Positions 12,092 through 24,487 of a stretch of 43,747 nt of DNA are shown here, piece after piece. The notes beneath the pieces are model-generated. The model searched no databases and was not told the DNA's origin. It was given only the letters and a program-made list of their open reading frames with translations. The stretch spans positions 1 through 43,747 of the forward strand of contig CAJNYD010000038.1 of NCBI GenBank assembly GCA_905331295.1, in the 5' to 3' direction. This DNA is from Rotaria socialis. Taxonomy: Eukaryota. The position numbers were made by a program, and so were the translations under genes. The stretch's first letter is position 1. Each line of letters opens with the position of its first letter.

Positions 12092-12837
12092 TTTTTATGT
12101 TCAATTATACTAATCTAAAAATTTTCTTGTTCATTCAACGTACGAAAATCTCTTTGTTATTTTTTATAATAAAAAAAAATTGGTTGCTTTAGCCACTGCC
12201 ATATTTATCTTGAGCTCGAGTCATCGATATACGCGACAGCGCTAACAGTCTTACTAATAGATCGGTGATGTACATCAAAACACGATAGAGTTTGTGAAGG
12301 AGTCCAGTGTTTAACCATTTCCGACATCGTTTTTTTTCGATTTAGTAACACTTCACTCTTCATATGCCTGTGAGAGTTTGTCTCCTTTTTCTATGCTAAT
12401 ATCATGACAAAACTATTAAAAATTTTATCATAGAAAAAAGTATTATTTCTTGAAAAATAATTGCACATTTGTCGATTAATCACCAGAAGTAACGCGATTT
12501 ACACACATTGGTTCGTATTAAATGTACGAAACAAGAAGTATTTTCTATTTTCCGCACTAAATATGCTGATTTTACTGTCTTAGTGCGACATCTATCAGTG
12601 TCCGCTTATTATTGGCCAGCGATTTGATTATTATAGAATAAAGTGAGGAGCCATCATTCGTTCGTTTCTAAACTATGTTAAACAGAATAAACTAAAAGCA
12701 TACAGAAAAGTATTTTTTGCTCAACCTATGAGAAAAAAATCATCAGCTACTTACATATTAATTTGTATATTATTTTTTAGATCTTTTTTTCCTAACATGT
12801 AGTATTTAGAAAATTCTACTAAAGATTACAACGTCCA

Positions 12838-15800
12838 ATGATGATGAACCAAGCAGCACCACCTTCACAACAACAAACAAGTATTTAAGAAAAAGATACA
12901 CCCAAATCATTGAATTTAATTCTTAAATATATTTTCAGTGTACATGTCAAATTCAAATGTAACAGAGAATCAAATGATGAATGCGTCATCGAATTCATCA
13001 CCATTAAATATGACAATGAATTCGGCTCAATCAAATTTATTCAATCATCAAATAAGTGCTTATAAGTATCTTGTTCGAAATCAAAATGTACCCGATCAAC
13101 ATTTGATGGCTATTAAGCGCAGTCAACAACAACCTACACAGCCACAACAGCAACAATTTTATCCACCCAATGCTGTTATTTCTAAACAATCGTCTAGTCC
13201 AACAGTCGACGCTCGTTATACTCCATCTATTAATACAAGTAAACCACCAGTAAATGGTTTAAATCCACGTTATCCAACTCCGCCAACTTACTATTCACCT
13301 GTTCAAGTTAATGGAAACTCGACAACAAATATAAATTTTCAACCAGGAACTGTTCAAGCGTCAACAAATATTATCAATCAAACACCATCGATAACTGAGA
13401 ATGTCTTAACCAATGTTTCCAGTGTACCGCTTCCTCAAACAAATACAACAACGACGACAACTGCAACATCAACAACAGCTCGTATGAATAACAATCTTCG
13501 TTTAACACCCGTACTAAAGCCAACTGGTGTTGATATACAAGAAGTTCTTGTCGAACGTGATCTTCGTATTCAACATAATATTGTTATACGTATAGGCGAA
13601 CTCGACAAACTCTTACCAACTTTATTGCACGATGATCTACGCATGAGAGCTATGATTGAACTCAAAGCGCTGAAATTATTAAATTTCCAAAGACAAGTTC
13701 GTATTTAATTTTACTCAATCATCCAGCGTGAAAAATACTAGCATTTTCAGACTCCGAAAGAAAACGATCGTCTAAGATTATCTTTTCAGGGCATCCTATA
13801 TAATGTGGGCAAAACCTCACATTAAAATATAGCTATTCCATTTGACTACGAGGATTTAAGAATGTTTTCCGGCTTCTGTCACTGTTTAATATAACTTCTA
13901 TTGTTTGTTTTTCGTTTAATTTAGCTTCGTACTGAAGTAGTTACATGTATGCGGTTGGATTCAAGTCTTGAAACGGGCAATAATCCTCGTTTATATAAAC
14001 GCTCGAAACAATTTGGTATGCGTGAAGCACGTGCCACGGAAAAATTAGAAAAACAACAAAAAGCTGAAATCGATCGCAAACGTCGTCAAAAACATCAAGA
14101 ATATCTAACAGCTGTATTAACAGTAGCACGTGAATTTAAAGAATTTCATAAAGCGGTTCAATTGAAAACAAATAAATTAGCACGTTCAATATTATCATGG
14201 CATCAAAATACCGAACGTGAACAAAAGAAAGAACAAGAAAAACGTGAACGTGAACGTATGCGTCGTTTAATGAACGAAGACGAAGATGGTTATAGAAAGT
14301 TAATCGACGAAAAGAAAGATAAACGTTTAGCTTATTTATTATCACAAACCGATGCATATATCATAAGTTTAGTTAATCTTGTTAAAGAACATCAAAACGA
14401 TTTGAAGAAGAAAAAAAGTGAAAAAAGACAATATTTCATCGAGAATAACAATCCTCAAATAAAAGACGAGGGCGGTTATTTACGTGCTCGAGTTAAAAAT
14501 ACGGTTACAGGTGAAGTTAAATATGGAAGTGACGCACCATTATCAGCTGAATTAGATTCATGGTTAGAAAAAAATCCCGAATGGCTACCGGTGTCAGGTG
14601 ATGGAAGTGATGTCGAAGAAGAAGATATCCCACAATTAGCGGAACCAATAAGTTCAATACCTGCGCCAACACCCGATGAACAAGAAAAAGGCGTCGTAGA
14701 AGATGAAAACATTGTTAAAGAAGTTTTAACTAAAGCTAAACAAGCAACAGAAGATGATGAATATCATACATCATCATTGGATTCATATTATGCGGTTGCA
14801 CATCGTGTTAGAGAACGTGTTGTTAAACAATCAGGATTACTGGTTGGTGGTAGTCTTAAACAATATCAAATACAAGGTTTAGAATGGCTTGTTTCATTGT
14901 ATAACAATAATCTTAATGGTATTCTTGCCGATGAAATGGGTCTCGGAAAGGTAAGTTTGTTGTTGTTGATCTAGCCTGAAGAATCTCATCATTCCTTGAT
15001 GAAAAAATTTAGTTTCTGAGGAGAATTTTCTTACTAAAGGTAGGCACCTATAAATCGCTGTAAAACTGATAAGAACTTTTTCTTTAATGTCACTAAACAC
15101 TGAAATTTTCAAATATTTAGACAATTCAAACGATTGCACTCATAACATATTTAATGGAAGTTAAAAAAGTCAATGGACCCTATTTAATCATTGTGCCATT
15201 ATCGTAAGTTGAAGAGTCATTTTTTTTTCTTTATACATCGTTCCCGTTCTGTTTTATAGCACATTAGCTAATTGGGTTAATGAATTCAGTAAATGGTCAC
15301 CAGCTGTTTCAATAATCATCTTTAAAGGAAATCCACAAGTGCGTAAATCTCTTGGACAAACATTACGAAGCGGTAAATTTAATGTGTTGTTAACCACATA
15401 CGAATACATTATCAAAGATAAAGCACTGCTAGCCAAAATCAAATGGCGTTATATGATAATCGAGTTAGTAATTTTTTATTTTTGAGAACTTCTCTTTTTA
15501 ATTTCTTTCTCAGTGAGGGCCATCGAATGAAAAATCATCATTGTAAATTAACACAAATACTCAATACACATTATATCGCTCCACATCGTTTGTTGTTAAC
15601 TGGTACACCGTTACAAAATAAGTTACCTGAACTGTGGGCATTATTGAATTTTCTTTTACCGTCAATCTTTAAATCTTGTACAACATTCGAACAATGGTTT
15701 AATGCACCATTTGCAACAACATGCGAAAAAGTTGAACTCAATCCGGAAGAAACATTACTTATTATCAGACGTTTACATAAAGTTCTACGACCATTTCTTT

Positions 15801-18633
15801 TACGTCGACTTAAAAAGGAAGTTGAATCTCAATTACCAGACAAAGTAAAATAGTTGTTTGCTTCTGTTATAAGCAAAAATTCGACATTCTATAATTTAGA
15901 TTGAATATGTGATCAAATGTGATATGTCTGCATTGCAAAGAGTTATGTATAATCAGATGCAATCAAGTGGAATGCTTCTTACGGAAGATAAAGTAAGCAC
16001 GAACGATATATACGTTGATGAACTAGGGGATCGGAAGTGAAGATCCGTGGCTTGCAGTGAGATGATATAAATTTGTATTTTCCTGTTCTTTTAGAATGGC
16101 AAACCCAGTAATCCAAAAGCCTTGATGAATACTATCATGCAATTACGTAAAATATGTAACCATCCATTTATGTTTAATGAAATCGAAGAAAAAATCAGCC
16201 AGCATTTTAACTATACGAATGGTGTTTGTCTGGGGTATGAAGATGAATTTAGATTTCTTCAAATTTTGAAATTGAATATTTTTAGCGCTGATCTTTATCG
16301 TGCATCGGGAAAATTTGAAGTACTGGATCGAATATTACCGAAATTAAAAGTATCAAATCATCGTGTTTTACTGTTTTGTCAGATGACTTCTTTGATGACT
16401 ATCATGGAAGATTATTTTGCTTATAAAAGTAAATATTTTTTGAATTTTCTGTTCATTATTAACTTGTTTTTTGTCATAGATTTTACTTATTTACGTCTTG
16501 ATGGTCAAACCAAATCTGAAGAACGTGGCGATCTATTAGCTAAATTTAGTGAAGCTAATTCTGATATATTCATATTCTTATTATCAACACGCGCTGGTGG
16601 TTTAGGTTTAAATTTACAAAAAGCCGATACAGTCGTTATATTCGATTCTGATTGGAATCCGCATCAAGTAAAATCTTATTCTTTGAGTCAATTAAATATT
16701 TAATGTCTTTATTTCGTTAGGATTTACAAGCCCAAGATCGTGCACATCGTATCGGTCAAGTGAACGAAGTTCGTGTTCTACGTTTGATGACTGTAAACAG
16801 TGTTGAAGAAAAAATCTTAGCTGCAGCTCGTTACAAATTAAATGTTGATGAAAAAGTTATTCAAGCTGGAATGTTTAATAATAAATCAACAGGAAATGAA
16901 CGGAAACAATTTCTACAACAAATTCTTTTACAAGAAACTGAAGAAGACAATGAAGAAGAAGACGAAGTTCCTGACGATGAAATTATCAATCAAATGATTG
17001 CAAGAAGCGAAGATGAATACAATCTATTTAATGTAAGAAGAAGCAAGAAAACAATTTTGTTTAAATTTTTAAAATTTTTTTGCTATAGAGAATGGATCGA
17101 GAACGTAGACATGCAGAAGCTCGTGTGACCAATAGAAAAGCACGTCTTTTTGAAATATCAGAATTACCAGCGTGGATAACTAAAGATCCAAAAGAATTAG
17201 AAAATGCTCTTCTCGATCAAGAAACATTGGACTTATTCGGACGTGGCTCCCGACAACGAAAAGAAGTCGATTATTCAGATTCGTTAACTGAAAAAGAATG
17301 GATTAAGGTAAGAAAATTGAATAGTTTTGCAGAGACTAGAAAAAAAAATGCAGTGAGCAGCTAATGCTTAGAATTACAAAACTTCAGTCGTCGAATGATT
17401 CAAGTTTTCTTTTATTGAAATTTTCAGGCCATCGAAGATGGAACATTGAATTCAACTGAAGATAAAAAACGTCGACGTCGACGACGTTTTAATGTTGACT
17501 TGGATGAAGATGAAGAAGGCCAACTGGATGATACCGATATGCGACAAGTTGATAATGATTTTGAAAGTATGGACGCAAAATCAAGTAAACGTAGTGGTAA
17601 ACGTAAATTAAAAGATACAAGTCGAAATTTTACGAATGAACCGATATCATCGAAATTATTTAAACAATTACAAACTTTATTAGATTTTGTTGTTAAATAT
17701 CGTGACAAGTATGAATTAACAGGTTTTTGTTTTCTTTAAGTGATGCTTTTCTTTTCTGCAGTGATGATAATCGAATTTTAAGTAAACCGTTTATGCGGTT
17801 ACCAACACCCAAAGAATTACCGGAATATTATGATATGATTAAAAATCCAGTGGATTTTAATAAAATAAAAGTATGAATTTTAAATACAAAAGAATCTTTG
17901 GTTTTTGTTTTTGTAAATAAAAAATTTTGTGTTCTTTAGAAAAAACTTAATGACAATCGTTATCGAAGCATAGATGAACTTGAAGTTGATGTTATGCTTT
18001 TATGTAAAAATGCTCAAGAATTTAATATCGAAAGTTCAAATGTAATATTCTCGAAATAACAAAAAAAGAACTCATCGAAAATAATTCAATATTTGTTTTT
18101 GTTTAGATCTATGAAGATTCAATTATTCTTCAATCAGTATTTACCAATGCACGTGAACGTCTTGAAAAAGGCGAAATTCCAATTAGTTCAAATTCAGAAG
18201 AAGAATCTGATGATGATGGTAAAGAATAAAATTAAAAAAACGAACATTATTTCTTACTCTAATAATAATACATTTATGTTTAGAACCCCTAAAAAAACGA
18301 GTTAAAAAAGATGGTAGTACGAAAAAGGTAAGAAAAAAAATAATCACTGAGTATTTCGATAATGAATTTCGTTTTCTTTCTCACTATTTAGAAATCTCAA
18401 AGTCAAGCGCGCACACCTGGTAGTGTTAGTAGTAATTCAAATAGTCGACGTAAAACTCGTGTAATGAGCGATGATGAAGATATAACCATGGATGAAACAA
18501 ATCAAGTATGTCTTAGTTTACCTTTTGTTCGTTCATCGAACTACTTATGTTTATCATTTAGTCTTCGTTTGGCTGTTTGGATGATGACGATGATGATGAA
18601 GAAACTCGTGGCTCTGGTTCGCGTCAAAAATAA
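12838..18633 (+). CDS. SMARCA4: SWI/SNF ATPase brahma / SMARCA2-SMARCA4 orthologue (multi-exon)
   Basis: QLQ ([16 protein letters not shown]), HSA, BRK-like segment, SNF2 ATPase motifs ([68 protein letters not shown]), SnAC ([21 protein letters not shown]) and a bromodomain (about 17760-18170). ATG at 12838; final exon stop TAA at 18631-18633. Confidence 0.97.
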
Positions 18634-18742
18634 AACAAAATTGTCTATTTGTTTTTTTCTCTTTTTGGGTCTATTCCTGTTCGAAAAATTTCTGTTACTG
18701 TATGCGTGTTTTAGCTATACTGTAAAATTTGTGTGCGTTGTG

Positions 18743-18768
18743 CGTGTGTGTGTGTGTGTGTGTGTGTG
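18743..18768. repeat. (GT)n microsatellite in the probable 3' UTR of the brahma gene
   Basis: Direct reading of the dinucleotide run. Confidence 0.9.
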
Positions 18769-19703
18769 ATGTACAAAAGAAACGAAACGAAACAAATGAG
18801 CGTGAAATAGAAGAAAAGAGACGTTATCGTGAACACCGATCCGAGAACGAACAGTTTTAATATGCAATATTTGCATGAATAGAAAACTTTCTCTTTTCTC
18901 AGTCAATCTAAATCTCTCACGCATTTATTATTTTTCGGTTGTATATTCGTTCATTCTCCTTTTTTTTTCTCACGAATGATGCGCTCGTATTTCGTTTTCT
19001 TGTTTTTCGTTGTTCTAATTATTATTATTCATTTTTTGCTCGATAGGACAAATAAGGAAACAAAAATCTTACACATTCATTGATAAAAAGACAAATAAAT
19101 ATATAATGACTCAGTGTCAAACACACACGAATTCAATTATTGTTAATTTCTAAATCAAGAAATGATTCACGGCTTGCCATTTCCGAATGATCATACGAGT
19201 CGTTTAGAAATTGCGTGTTTAATCATATCCTGTTTATCGTGAAAATACCGAACATCTATTTCGGGACAACACAGCATGCTCGCATTGTTCATCCGAGTTA
19301 AATTGAGCTATAGAATCTTAATTTCACTTACGTTTCAAACATCGATTCGAACCATGAAGTACATTTACAAAAATATTAATCTTTCTTGAAGCTGATTAAT
19401 CCGAGCGAACAGTATATGATCCTTCGATGTTTATTTTGTATGTTTAGAAACTAGCAGACGAAAGACACTGTCTAATATTTGTATTATATGTATTGTTTAG
19501 TTGATTTAAATCTACTTAAATAATGGCAAGTACAAAAACATTGAACGGCTTAGTTGACGATGTGACATGTTTACTAATTTCTATTCACATTCGTTCTGTA
19601 TATAGCTTATTAAGATAGTCTCGCCTCTGTCTTAAGCTTTTGTTGATCATTAATTGGGATGAAACGTGCTTGACTTATGTCTTATGAGGTGCCTATCGAC
19701 ACG

Positions 19704-19711
19704 TATAAATA
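19704..19711 (+). promoter_or_regulatory. TATA box of the chitin-binding protein gene
   Basis: TATAAATA about 60 nt before ATG 19766, with an Inr-like TCATTC about 30 nt downstream. Confidence 0.6.
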
Positions 19712-19765
19712 GCCACTTCCTACAACGAATTCTTTCATTCAATTCAATCGCATTGGAATACAACA

Positions 19766-22059
19766 ATGACTTTTCGGACTAGCTTCATAATTCGTAAGTA
19801 CAATTATTCTTTCATCTAAACTATTGATTCGAGATTTTTCTTTAAACTATAGTATCTCTTATTTTCCATATCATCAATGGAATCTTTGGTTTATCTCTTA
19901 ATGAAACAAGTAGTACAAGTGCATTGCCATCAGTACAAAATTCAACAGTAGTCGTTAAAAAACTTGCAAAATGTAAGTTTATGAATGAATGAATGATTTC
20001 TATTCATTTTTATATTAATCATAGATACACTTCAAGAAAAAACGTCAAGTATTCAATATCTATCTGAAGCTGGCTCACGTTGTGCTGGTAAATTATTTTA
20101 CACTTGATAATGGCTTTTTCCATGACACTAATCTTTCGAAATATTTAGAAGATGGTTTCTATCCAGATAAAGATGACTGCCGAAAATTTCATGTCTGCTA
20201 TAGTGGTACACAATCGGTTCGTTGGTGCAAAGAAGGAATGTTATGGGATGAAATTAAAATTGGTTGTGGTATGCAGAACGTAACGGTATGCAGTGGCGGT
20301 CGAAAAACATGGACTCGCGATGAAGGTAAAGCATTGTTCGATAGTTGATTTATGAAGAAAATAACGAGAAAATTTAGAAACTACAACAACAACAATTGCA
20401 TCGAAAACATTGAAAGGAAATTATACGTGTCGATCAGGTGCAAATGGATTATTTGCTGATCCGAGTTCCTGTTCGATTTATCATTGGTGTGTTCTTGGTG
20501 TACTTCATTCAACGCATTTTTGCAATCCTGGTTTACACTTTTCAGCTAGTGCCAGTGGATGTGTTTGGCCAAAAGATGCTGAATGTAAGAATTTATTTAT
20601 CGATGTTGACGGGGAACTTGGATTTTCCACTGTTTTAGGCGAAGGACAAATTGCACCACCTTATTCGTCAACTGAATGTGCATTAGGCAATTCAGGTTAT
20701 TATCCTGATCCTTATGATTGTTCGGTATTTCATTATTGTGATGGTAAGATATAAATGTTTTCTTCTTTTTTATATAAGTAAATAATTTTCTTACATATAG
20801 GTGTTCGAGTTCTTAGTGAATCATTACTTTGTTCAGCTGGTCGAGTTTGGAGTTCACGTAAAGTTTATCTAAATTAACAATTACTGAAGAAAATAGTAAT
20901 TTTTATTTTTTAGGATTAGAAAATTGTGCATGGCCTCATGAAGTACCTGAATGTATGTTTCGATTTTGCTGTTTGATAAGTTCCTATTGAATATATTTTG
21001 TAGGCGTCAATTCATGTCCTGCAAACTATTCAAGTCAAATGCGTTTTGCCGATCCAGCAGTATGTTCTCAATATATTCAATGTGTTGATGGTCATTTAGA
21101 ACCACGCATGTGTCCACAAAATTTTCTTTTTGATCGTATTACAAAAACATGTAAGCCATACGATCAAGCTGAATGTCATGGTAGTAAACCAGATATATTT
21201 TTAACAACAACAACAACAACAACAACAGTTAATCCTTGTGAGTTTTATTGATTGGAACCGTTAGAAAGAAAGAACAAAAAAAAAACATTTCCATCAATTT
21301 TTCTAGATCCATCACAGGATTCGTATGACTATAATCCAACGGTTTCAGAAGATGTCATTAAAAAACAACGCATCTTTCAATTTAGTTGTATTGGTAAATA
21401 GAGTCGAATTTTTTTGTTTTTCAGTAAATTGAATTTTAATCTAGTTGACGGTTATTATGGTGATGTTTATGATTGTCGCATTTATCACGTATGCGTTGAT
21501 GGCCGTGACCATCGATCACTTTGTGCTCCAGGTCTCGCTTGGGAATCGCTATTACGTTTATGTATGCCAGTTCAGCTTGTTAATTGTCAAAGTTCGAAAT
21601 CAATTGAAGGATCACCAGGTAAATGGAAACTTCTTTTTTCTTCGTTTCATATATTAAATCTTCTTTTAATAGATTCATCCAAGAAAAAATGGCTTCAACT
21701 CTATACTCGTTCCGTTCTAAGAACAACGACAACATCGACAACAACAACAACACCAAAACTACCGTTTGCTTTACCCTCCATTTTCACTTGTGCTGGTCGT
21801 TCTAACGGTTATTACGCAGATCCAGTTTATTGCCATAAATTTCATTACTGTGGAACGGGTATACTACATATCTTGTTTTGTTTTTAGTTTTTATCTATAC
21901 ACATTTATTTTCATCATTTGTCTGGCCTTATTTTTTTCAGGCTGGCATAGTGTGATGGAATGTGATAAAGGCTTAGGATATTCGGCTCGAGAACATGATT
22001 GTATACCAATTGAACTTGTTAATTGTGGTGCCAAGAAGTTTCTCAAAAAACAAAATTAG
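19766..22059 (+). CDS. Secreted peritrophin/obstructor-like protein with six CBM14 (chitin-binding type 2) domains
   Basis: Signal peptide MTFRTSFIILSLIFHIINGIFG after splicing. Six 6-Cys units (C..G.YPD..DC..FH.C...C..GL.W....C....C) separated by poly-Thr mucin-like linkers. Stop TAG at 22057-22059. Confidence 0.92.
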
Positions 22060-22550
22060 CTCATCATTTGTTATACTAATATTCGTGTTCTTTATCTTTT
22101 ATCTAATTATGTATTTAAATTCATTTAATCAAATAAAAATCTTCCTATATTGACCAACATATGTGCATTTTTCCCTTGTTTTTTTCTCGCACGCATTAGA
22201 ATATTTTTATTATGCTATGATGCAATGCTCTTTGTATTTGACATAGAGAACATACAAAAAGAAAACGAGAGAAATGAAAAAACGAAAAAGAAAAAGAAAA
22301 AGCAAAGAAAAAAAAAGAAGGATATTAATGTATAAAAAGATAGAAAAGAAACAAGCGAGTCTACAGTCGTCAGCATAGCCTAGAAGAAATACTTAGTAGT
22401 TGTAGATTTCGTCTATTTATTGTTTTTTCCATTCAAGGAAAATTATAGTTAATATTCAGCTGTTCTTCAAAAAAACAAAAACAAAATCAATTTGCTTATT
22501 CCATTAATTGCTTTGGATTTTAATTATTAATGATTTAAAATTTACTATAA

Positions 22551-24453
22551 ATGTCATCAATCGTTACCATTATTGATAATGACATCTTAGTGTCCACCTT
22601 ACAAAAAGGACTGTATACACTTGCAGCTTGCTCTATTCTTGGTACAGCAGCCTATCTAGGTTACAAAGCGGCTGAACCTGAAAACAAAAATATTCTTCAA
22701 AATCGCAATCCAGAACTAAACGAACGGGTAAGCTGAAGAAAAACGAAAAGGACCGTAGCCGATCTCAAAGTATATTTTCCAGCTCTTAGAATCATCAATC
22801 AAGATTAAGTATCGAGATATTACCTATTAGACAGGGATACTAGTGCACACTTTTTTTATTGCACGGAAAGAACAGACTATGCAACGAGGGGTTTGGCCTT
22901 GTTACGTAAACGAATAGAAAAACAACACAAACAAATATGTAAAAAAAGAAAGGTAATAGACCAAAATGAAGAGGTTCGTTATAGTTTGTTACGGGGGCAC
23001 ACGAATGATAAGCGTCCATTTAGGAAGATGAAAATCCAGTTGAGTTGAAGAAGAAGCAAAATATATCGGTATACTAGCTGCCTTGCTTCTCTTCGAAGAT
23101 TGATTAAAAGTCAGCAGTATAGCAAAACAAAAGATATACGATTATTATGGTTTTTTTTTGTATTGATAAATTTGCATTCGTTGCTTTGCAATAGATAAAA
23201 GAACGTCCTGCTGATAATAGAAACGCTAATAAATAAAAATCATGTCAGGCCTCTCTTGAAGTTTACAATCATTCCGTTCCCACTGAGTTTCTTCTCGCTG
23301 TTTATAATAAACTTATAGGCTTTTGTTTTCAATTGACATTGAAATTGTCTAATATTCTTTCGTAGAAAAAAAAGAAAAGAAAATGAAGATAATTTTATCA
23401 AGAATCACTTACGAAAGATAATAAAAAGGGAAGAGCTGCCTTGCCCATTGTTACAAATATTACCACTAGTCACGTTATGACTCATAGAAGGACTGTAGCG
23501 GGAGCCCCGGTATATGATGACTTGCTGCCTATTCTTATCGAGAGTTGATTATATATTGTGATGTAATTGACTTTATCATCATCCCTCCCGTTCCCTTTTT
23601 TTCTTTTGAAGGTTTTTATATAAAATGATTGCTCATCATGCAAAGACATGATCCATAGCAAATTTTGTAAAATAGACGAATCTGATTTCTCTATTATTAC
23701 CTGATTGTAACAATGAGAAATTGAAAAACAAGATTTGCACCTAAATACATGTTAATGATATAATAACGAATGACAAATTGTATTTAAACATCAATCTGAA
23801 AGTCAAGAGCACCAAATGGCATATCTCACAAGGGCGTGTATTTTACTATCGTCTAATAGGAGAATATCTGGTAATATTTATAGCAAAAGAGTCTACTGTT
23901 ATAAAAGAAAACGGGCTGATGCCAAAGAGAAAACACTTCCTATCGTATGTGTTTATCAGAAGAAATTCTTTAGGATTTATAAAAGAAAACGACGTGTTGT
24001 ATAAATCGACTTAACCTCTTATTCTGCTTACAATAGAAGGCCATCATTTACTTGAAAATCTCCCGATAATCCAATGAATGTCGATTTTTTTTCACAGTAC
24101 AAATTCTTAGAATATTGAAAAATATCAAATTTTTGAAGGTTATTTATATTCGAAAAAAATATTTGTCGTAGTTGCATATTTTTTCATGACTCAATAGAGA
24201 TGTGCCCGTATTGCCTTCAAAATAATAAAGCTCTATAATTATGTTTTTTCTCGATAGCATTGTATTTCATTGGATTAAATTGCGTGTTGAAAATATTGTT
24301 GACTGCAAACCTTGACAACGAGCGACCTTGACAGTAATAATACCCTTTATTATATACTAAATGCTATTAGCGATTATTTATACAACATAAATGGTGACTT
24401 TGTTCTGTAAAACGTATGCTAACGTATGAGAGGGTCGCACGGGAATTCAAAGT

Positions 24454-24487
<34 letters not shown>

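Noticed and set aside
13941..17708. Minus-strand ORFs overlapping the brahma gene (also those opposite hexokinase, RNF217 and the OTU genes)
   Set aside because: Antisense shadows of real coding exons.
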